From positions 65,410,001 through 65,474,000 of the forward strand of contig OX597815.1 in NCBI GenBank assembly GCA_951406725.2: a stretch of DNA of 64,000 bases. The letters run 5' to 3'. This document shows positions 55,780 to 64,000 of this stretch, piece after piece. How positions within the stretch are numbered: the stretch's first letter is position 1; every line of letters begins with the position of its first letter. The position numbers and the translations under genes are program-made. Source of the DNA: Octopus vulgaris. Its lineage: Eukaryota. Below the pieces are notes generated by a model. The model did no database searches, was not told the DNA's origin, and saw only the letters and a list, made by a program, of their open reading frames with translations.

Positions 55780-56800
55780 CCAATGGATTCAAGGCTCACT
55801 TTCCCTACTGGGCCGAGTGAAACGGAACACACGTCTCAGTTTTATTCTGCCGTGAACGTTTAGAGCCACGAAACTAAACCAGCCAATGGTGAAGTCGGCT
55901 TGTTCAGCTGTAAATATGTCTGTCTGTGTGTAGAGATGATGATAACTGAAGTTAAACATTGAAGTGCTTTTGTCATGGACACAAACAACGTCAGTAACAG
56001 GATACGAAGTGGGTGTCTCTCTATGTATGTGGGGGAGGATGAGAGAGAGAGAGAGACGCGAGTTTGTTCAGTTGTGTGTGATTCTACATTGACATGAAAT
56101 ATTTATGCTTCTCTACGGACGTGTCACACATGCACACACACAAATTGGTCGCAACGTGAGAGACAAGGGACATAACTCTTACTTTCTTTTATTGCTTTTT
56201 CCATTTAAAAGTTGAAATGGGAAAGACTGGCCGAAAGAGAACAACTGACTTGTCTTGTCACATGGCTAGATTAGAAAGAAGAGTGGGGTGGGGTATGTAT
56301 ATGGGAAGATGGTGGCGTGTCGGGAAGCCAGGTTTGTTATTTTTCTATTTACTCACGTAAAAAGGCACTGGTGGTGCTGGCGGCGGCCGTATTCGGTGAG
56401 GGTGGTGGTTTGAAGGTGAATAGTCAGGCCATTCCGGGGTGAAAAAGTCAAGGAGAGGCGAAAAACGTGTTTTTCAGACTTGCCAACTGTCATATAAACT
56501 GGGAGGTGACAGAAGAGGCAATGAGTGGGGAGGAGGGGGAGGGGCGAAAGAGAAAGGCACGATGGTTGTGTGCGTGCATGTAAAAGGAGTTCAGCTGTTG
56601 TGACACTGTTTTGTATACACGAGGAAATGATTACCCAGATGTATAGCGAGATTTGCTTTTGCAGAAGTAAGTCATGATGGTGATAAAATAGTACGCTTTA
56701 TTAACTCTTGTTAACCTAGTTCCTCTTTGATAACGTCTATATATTTAGACCAGCCAGTCAGGAGGAGGAGGAAAAAGGTTTTTATCGTAGATATATAGAT
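55780..56800. promoter_or_regulatory. CpG-retaining island, candidate promoter with minus-strand first exon(s)
   Basis: Unique CG-rich sequence; minus-strand donors TAC/GTGAGT at 56356 and AAA/GTGAGC at 55799. Confidence 0.5.
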
Positions 56801-57991
56801 ATGGTGAACTGTGTGTCTATGTAGGTTTAGTGGGGATATTAACTAACGAAGAATTTGATGCTAATCACTGTTAAAAGTATGAAGAATAAAATATAGATGT
56901 GAACAGATCATATAACATTCCAAACCGCAGTGTAAGATATTGGTAGATCTTTTAGAGAGAGAGAAACAGACAGGCAGACAGATCATCTCCATGTGTAAGC
57001 TATGATACATATTTAAAAGGGTTATCATTTAACACCAGGTCAGTCCTGATTGAGTTGAACTATAATCAAAAGCTCTAATCGTTTCATCATTTTGAGAATG
57101 ATTTAAATGTCTACATTGTGTAATGTTTCCTTTTCTTATGTAAAACAGTAGTGTGTGAAGTGAGGGAGATTTAACTATTATTTCTAACAGGTTGAACAAC
57201 TACATAGAGACTCCATTGAAAGGTTATTTTACTATTTGTGACAACCAGTCCTCAGCAAACAAGTTTTTCATAAACATCCAGTTCTAAATTTCTCTGTAAT
57301 TCTTCTAAGAAACTCACTGAAGACTCAGATTTGACAGAAACCCTCTCATACACCAAAATCGCTATTTTTAATGTCTGGAACAAGTCTTTCAACTACATTC
57401 GATGTTTTTATTGCACACTTGACTGGAGTACATCGATCCTTGTTATAAGTTTTGTTAAGTTGACAAAGACATTTATGGCACCATCTTTATCCATTATCTT
57501 TTACTTGTTCCAATCATTAGACTGCAGTTGTACTGGGACGTCACCTTGGGGAATTCTAGTTGAACTAATCAATCCCAGTACTTATTTTCTTTTTAAGCCT
57601 GGTATTATTTTATTGCTCTATTTTGCCGCACAGCTAAGTTACAGGGATGTAAACACAGCAACACCATTCGTCAAGCAGTATTGGGGGACAAACGCAGACA
57701 CGAAGATACACACACACATATACACAATGAGCTTCTTTCAGTTTCTATCTACCAAATTCACTCACAAGACTTTGGTTGGCTCAACACTATAGTAGAAGAT
57801 ACTTCTCCAAAGTGTCAACCATTCAACCATGTGGTCAACCATGTGGTTGAGAAGCTATTTTCTATTCACCACATCACTTGAAGATGCAGACAGAAATTCT
57901 AAACCTTGATAACACTGTGTAACACAAATTTTGTCCTTGGGTAGCAACTGTTATTTCTTATTTGCTTACCCTTAGAAAGTATGAAAAATGG

Positions 57992-58284
57992 CTATTTCCT
58001 TCAAACTTTGCTTTTGTTATATTTATTAAAACCACAAAGAATCCATGGCTATCATGCTACCCACTACTTCTGCTCATGATCAGAAATGCACATATTGTCA
58101 GCCACTAAAGGACCTACTCAAGTGGTTATAGTCAAGCAAATATGCGGTATTGAGCAGAATATTTGCTATAATGATATTTCTGCTTCAGCAACTTCACATT
58201 GAATCTGTCTGAAATATAATTGAAAATAGGTCAGTTTCAAAACATTGATGTCCCAGTCACAAAAGCAAAGTTTGAAGGGAATAG
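57992..58284. mobile_element. MITE with ~29-bp terminal inverted repeats
   Basis: ctatttccttcaaactttgcttttgt ... acaaaagcaaagtttgaagggaatag. Confidence 0.8.
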
Positions 58285-60410
58285 TAAACATCTTTGATTT
58301 CCAGATAGAAGTAAATAAGAAATATTTTTTAAAATAAAATTTTAAATAAGAATTTTTTTTTTAATATTTTTTTTATTACACAGGGTAATATGCCCAAAAT
58401 ATTGCAGTTTTCACTGTCTGATCATCATCACTAAATGTTGTCCTGCTTCTGTCTTGTCTGGAACTAAATTGATTGTTCTCTGCACTTACAATTGATCTGT
58501 AGCACTTGCTTGTAATGCATCATCTCAAACACCTTCCGTTGCTTTGTGTCAGCCAATAGAGTGTCTTATTTTTCAGTTGCTCAATATGTGCTGACCCTTA
58601 ATGAGCTTGTAACCCCAAGATAGATTTTAACTTCAATTAATTGTACAAATGAAGCTATCCTCCAAGATTTGGAAACTTCCCCATTCACAACTAAATGTTT
58701 ATCTACGTTTGGACTGTATTATTGAAACAGGTTGTCATCAACATCATCATCATCTAAAATATCATCATTTAACCTTCATGTCCTATGCTAGCATAGATTA
58801 GATGGTTTGACAGAATCCAATGGGTCCAAAAGCTGCACCATGCACCAATTTTTCAGCCTTGGAATGATTTCTATGGCTGAATGACCTTCATAATACCAAA
58901 CACTTAGCAGCATCTTTGTGTGTGTGTGTGGGGGGGGGAGACACCAACAATAATGTTGTGACCATGCAGCTTGCAAGAAAGACTAAGAACCCATTTGGTA
59001 GAGTGGGATTACAGTAGGGAGGAAGGTGAGATTATACTAAGATAGGAGAGGTTGAGGCATGAAAGAAGGAGCTAGAACATAATAGGTTTCTTGCTATAGA
59101 GGAGCTACATGGTTTCTTACATTGCAGAGGAGCGCGTGGAGCTGGAAAGAGGTGAAATAGTGGTGATAAGGTGTCAAGTTGGATCTTCAAGGTATAATGT
59201 GGGTAGAAGTGAATGGGAACAGAAGAGGTTACTAGAGTGTATGGCAGAAAGATGGACTGGGATAAAGAATGGGATGATTATAATGAAGAACATGTGTTGA
59301 GGAATGATGAGTAGGGAAATGTAGGTGACAACTGTAGAAATTGGGTAGGGCTGAGAGATGGATGTAGTAAATGATAAATAAGAGGTAGGGAGTGAGCAGT
59401 GCTTTATGACCAGATGTCTTTCCTGTTATTAGCCCTTCCCTTTTCTCATGGAAAGGATTGATTATTTCAAATATCTTTAAAAGTGGAAAACCAGTGGGCA
59501 GTTAGTTGAGAGGAGACCCCAGTGTCACTGCTTGTAGTTTGTGATATTTGTGAAATATATAACGCACTCGCATGCATATACACACATGCATACACATTCA
59601 CACATATACATGCTTATATACAAATACAAACATGCACACATACACTTACATATATATACACATGTATATACATATACAATGGGCTTTCAATTTTTGTCTA
59701 CCAAATCCACTCTTGAGGTTTGGGCCAACCTAGAACTATAGAAGATACTTGCCCAAGGTGCTATACGGTGGGATTGAACCCAAAACCATGTAGTTAGGAA
59801 GCATACAAAATGTGGATCACTTAGAGATGGTTTCTCATTTCATGATTCTGAAATAGTGTTTACAAATATTTAGTGCTTATGTTAAAATTGTGACTGTTAA
59901 CATATAAATATTAATAGTTGATATTTTTGTGAAGATGGAATGGTTTAATTCCTGTGAATCTGGGAGATATATTGTAATGTTTTGGATATTATTAGAGAGA
60001 ATTTTAGTTGAGTGGATTTAAATGCTTAGTAAAAACAGAATAGATTTATTCCTAATTTGGGTGAAAGAGAACATGACAAACTATGAGTTGTATAACTGGT
60101 TTCAGATTTTGGTTGGTAATTAATAGATATGTAGCCTGATTCAAGTAAACCACACTCCTACAAAATGCATGCGCACGCACACACACCCACCCACACGCAC
60201 ACACACACACACTCACAATAAATATATCATATATACACACACACACACATACATATGCACATATTGTGTACTAATTGTTCTATGCCAACAGTATAAGTGA
60301 CTCTCTCAGAGGGATATAAAAGTTGAAATATTAGATTCTCTACTTGCAGCCATTAAACTTAATGAGTTCTCCTGTTACACTAATTAGTAAAGTTTGACAA
60401 TCATGTAGAT

Positions 60411-61224
60411 CAGCGGTTATCAACCTTTTGTAACCCAGTGCCCCTTCCCTTCACCAAATGGTGGTTTACTAATGACTCCTCCCTAGATTTTGATAAAAAA
60501 AAATAGAAAACATTATTTTAATTAAAAATGCTGTTAATTTTGTTTAGGGGTTTATTGATTTTATTACCCAAGTTTTCTAACACTAATCCATCCAGTATGT
60601 ACCTCTTTTTAGATATTTGCAAGGATTAGCGCCTTCTGTGGTCAGTTTGTGTTGAGATTACTAAAAAAAAGGTGATGACTTACTACACCAAGATTTGATA
60701 TAACTTTATTATTTTAGTCTTTATAATGAAATTATATATAATATTAGTGCATCATCAGCCATATTTTCTGCTCACTGATAGCACAATGTCTATAACATAA
60801 GTATTTTAATCTTGACTATTATGATTTTTAAAATGTGTTTAAAAAGAATAAGTATTGAACCTGGTTCAAGCCTTTAGCATTCAGATTACTCAGTCAAATG
60901 AAATACTTATTTATTCAACTTGTTTTGACTTAATAATGCATTATCTCATAGCTTTGAGATTGTTTATCTTTAGAATAACATTGTCGGGTAGGTGTGAGAA
61001 GCTTGTTCTGATCAGTTTGAACATAAAACAATTAGAATATTTGGGCCTGATATGGCTGGTTCGAATGCTAAAGGGTTAAATATTTTCTTTCTATGAAAAA
61101 TTCCACCCTCTCTAAATACCCAGCACTTCTTTGACATTGCCCCACCACCCCAGTCACACACCCTGTTTTTTTGTAAGGTTACTGTACCCCACAGGTATGC
61201 TACCAATCAGGAGAAGAATCACTG
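60411..61224. mobile_element. hAT-like MITE with near-identical 8-bp TSD
   Basis: atgtagat/cagcggttatcaacc ... ggagaagaatcactg/atgtagaa. Confidence 0.55.
60866..61079. mobile_element. piggyBac-like MITE nested in the hAT-like MITE
   Basis: TIRs cctttagcattc / gaatgctaaagg, with ggg-ttaa at the right end. Confidence 0.6.
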
Positions 61225-62896
61225 ATGTAGAAGAAAGATAGTTGAGTAGAACAATAAATTATTAAAATGTTATTCCATGTTCAAACCAATTGCATGTTTT
61301 GGGAATTTATACGATTATATTTTGTTGGGCCTCTAGTCTAGGCAGTGAATTCTACGTTGCCTTTGTTAACTTAGAGATTATGGAATAGTGGTGCAAAATT
61401 CTTCCAGGTGTTGTCCCAAGGGACTTTGCCAGGATTTGTGCTTCAAAAAAAAAGTTCAGTGATTTAGTCAGAAGTTAAAGAGTAACACTCAGGCCCCTTT
61501 TACAGCATCTCCAAGACTGGTAGTGCTACAGGATGGTATCTTCAAGCTAGAGCACTGCATGCATTGAAATAACTTCTTCTTAAACCCATTAATGCTCATG
61601 TCTCTTTTTATTAAGACCATAAAAATAATTATTAATATTTCACCCACAATTATATTCAATCGATATATATTTGGCAGAATTCTGGTTTAAGCATCCCATA
61701 TAACCCCTCATAAATTTTTTGAAGGCCTTACCCCCATAAATCCTAAAAGTTTTACTCTTTCTCAATTTTTTTTTTTAATCAGTGTTTAAAATATGGACGG
61801 TCTGAATATTTTGCTTAAATCCCAGCAATGGACCACACTTGGGGGCATCATCATTCCTTTAAATGTGTTTATGGGAAGAAAAATATTGAAAAACATCAAT
61901 ACATGTCAGAGTGACAAAGAAATGAGGAAGGTATCATGTGGTCATGAGACGTACTAAAAATAACACCTGAATTACCCTTAAATCACATGCAAAAAATGTT
62001 GTTATTTTTATTTTGTATAAATTCCCAAATGTAGAACACATTTGCAAAAATTGTCTGAAAATTATGAAAAAATATAAAAGATATGGGGTGCTTAAACCAG
62101 AATTCTGCCATATTTTATTAGTCATAAAGGTAGGTGCAGGTGTGTAGTTCAGAAGTTTGCTTCTCAGCCACATGGTTTTTGGTCCAGTTCTGCTATGTGG
62201 CACTTTGGGAAAGTGTCTTCTACCCTTGGATCAGCTAACAAATTATTTGCTGATTTCTGCTAACTCTTCTTAAATTCATCAGTCCAGTGAGAGTAACTTT
62301 AACTAAGGAGACGTGTAATAAGGTTGAAACTCTGGTATTTCAAAGTCAATTGCATCGATGAATCATGTGTCATAAACACACATTATCTAAAGCATAGGTT
62401 CTAAAATTGGCCGCTAGTCCCCCCCCCCCCGGCGTCGAGAGGGTCCAGGTTTGTGCTGTCTAAGGGGGTGGTAGAGAAAAAGGAAGCATTAGGAGAAAGC
62501 CAGTGGATTGGGGGGACGCTATGAATTCATAATATTATAGTATTGTATACAAACTATATAATATTATATTAAATATCAAATGATTCATTGTATATATAAA
62601 TTAGTAAAATATTTATGCATAAAAATAGGAGCGGGGTTGCTGAGTGTTATGAGGGGGAGGTGGTGGCCTAAAATGATCTAATGGGTGAAGGCATTCTCTG
62701 TTGACAAAAAACAACAGCAATCAGATACCTTTCAATCTGTCAGAACAGATAGGCGTGGCTGTGAGGTAAGAAGTTTGCTTCCCAATCACATGGTTCTGGG
62801 TTCAGTCCCACTTGGGCAAATGTCTTCTATTATAGCTTTGGGCTGACCAAAACCTTGTAAGTGGATTTGGTAGATAGAGATTGAAAGAAGCCTGTC

Positions 62897-62930
<34 letters not shown>

Positions 62931-62932
<2 letters not shown>

Positions 62933-63312
62933 GCACAGGAGTGGCTGTGTGGTAAGTAGCTTGCTTACTAACCACATGGTTCCGGGTTCAGTCCCACTGC
63001 GTGGCGCCTTGGCCAAGTGTCTTCTACTATAGCCTCGGGCCAACCAAAGCCTTGTGAGTGGATTTGGTAGACGGAAACTGAAAGAAGCCCGTCTTATATG
63101 TATGTGTGTGTATATGTTTGTGTCCCCCTGCCCCAGCATCGCTTGACAACCGATCTTGGTGTGTTTATGTCCCTGTAACTTAGTGCTTCAGCACAAGAGA
63201 CTGATAGAATAAGTACTAGGCTTACAAAAAATAAGTCCTGGGGTTGATTTGCTCGACTAAAGGTGTTGCTCCAGCATGGCTGCAGTCAGATGACTGAAAC
63301 AAGTAAAAGAGT
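62931..63312 (+). mobile_element. Full-length tRNA-derived SINE
   Basis: Same family as 33764-34148, well preserved, between (TA)n tracts. Confidence 0.85.
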
Positions 63313-63361
63313 ATATATATACATACATACAAGAGTTACAGAATGGAGTAGATAAGATCAG

Positions 63362-63445
63362 GGCTACATATGTTTCATAGCGAGCAGAACCTCAGAAGTG
63401 GTAAATATCCAAGCGAGATGTATACCACCGACTACTCTTCAGGCC
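63362..63445 (-). ncRNA. Type-I hammerhead ribozyme with large stem-II insert
   Basis: ggc-CTGAAGA-gtag[51 nt incl. gtggta...taccac hairpin]ctat-GAAA-catatg-TA^gcc: intact core, palindromic stem III, 3-bp stem I. Confidence 0.7.
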
Positions 63446-63722
63446 AAAGGTGTCTTGATTAAATGAAGTTTACCTTGTCATTAGGAAGCCCATGTTGACA
63501 CATGGAGGATTCACATACCTGGTAAACCTGGCTGCCTACTGTGAAATATGAAGTAATTTTTTTCAGTTTACCGTACTTAGATATGAAAAATTCCACAACC
63601 TTCTGCCCCAATAAACCACTATTATTCTTAAAAATTGTTTTTTAATATTTTCTACGGATTACTTGAAGCTCACTCTCTTCCTACACCTCAATCCTTGGAG
63701 CTTACATTTATCTATCTATCTA

Positions 63723-63805
<83 letters not shown>

Positions 63806-63866
63806 AGGAGAAAATGGAGAGGTAATTCATAAAATATTATTTATTAATTATAAAATATTATGACAT

Positions 63867-63949
63867 CTCTGACAGCTCTTTCGATTCAGTAATCTTTAGA
63901 TAATTGATTTATAAAATTATAATCATTATAAGATGAATCTCTTCAGAGG
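63867..63949 (-). ncRNA. Hammerhead motif with weakened stems I and III
   Basis: cct-CTGAAGA-gattca[45 nt]tgaatc-GAAA-gagctg-TC^agag: perfect 6-bp stem II; the element tail runs into (TA)n at 63760-63800. Confidence 0.55.
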
Positions 63950-64000
63950 TAGTAAAGATATACTGATTAGAAATGCATGTTGAGATAATGGCTATAAACC

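Noticed and set aside
62225-62287. Minus-strand CTGATGA...GAAA-tcagc...gctga-TC hammerhead-like motif
   Set aside because: Stem III is good, but stem II is poor and stem I cannot form in the right register.

Overview
AT-rich, CpG-depleted, repeat-saturated animal genomic DNA. It is most likely cephalopod (Octopus-like), inferred from the tRNA-headed SINE families, RTE tails ending ccatgctagcatgg...(gat)n and abundant (TA)n/(CA)n. I could not support any intact host protein-coding gene; nearly all ORFs in the track are microsatellite translations or decayed transposon fragments. Recognisable content: RTE, CR1-group, Vingi-like, CRE-clade and Penelope-like retroelement relics; mariner and Tc1/maT transposase relics; two copies of a non-autonomous Helitron; MITEs; many SINEs; and three CpG-retaining promoter-like islands (about 21.9-22.9, 29.6-31.7 and 55.8-56.8 kb), two with candidate first exons. 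The most striking signal is a set of type-I hammerhead ribozyme motifs. Four have intact cores and all three stems (750-792, 2118-2181, 13919-13965, 63362-63445); several more are variant or decayed. Most sit in short Penelope-like relics next to (TA)n tracts, and some carry large structured stem-II inserts. Other notable features: a 5'-inverted CRE-clade element, an apparently exact 784-bp tandem CR1 duplication, fold-back junctions in a 2.2-kb (TA)n expanse, a templated-insertion signature and a three-zinc-finger RTE tail. All calls were made by eye; boundaries of decayed repeats are approximate.
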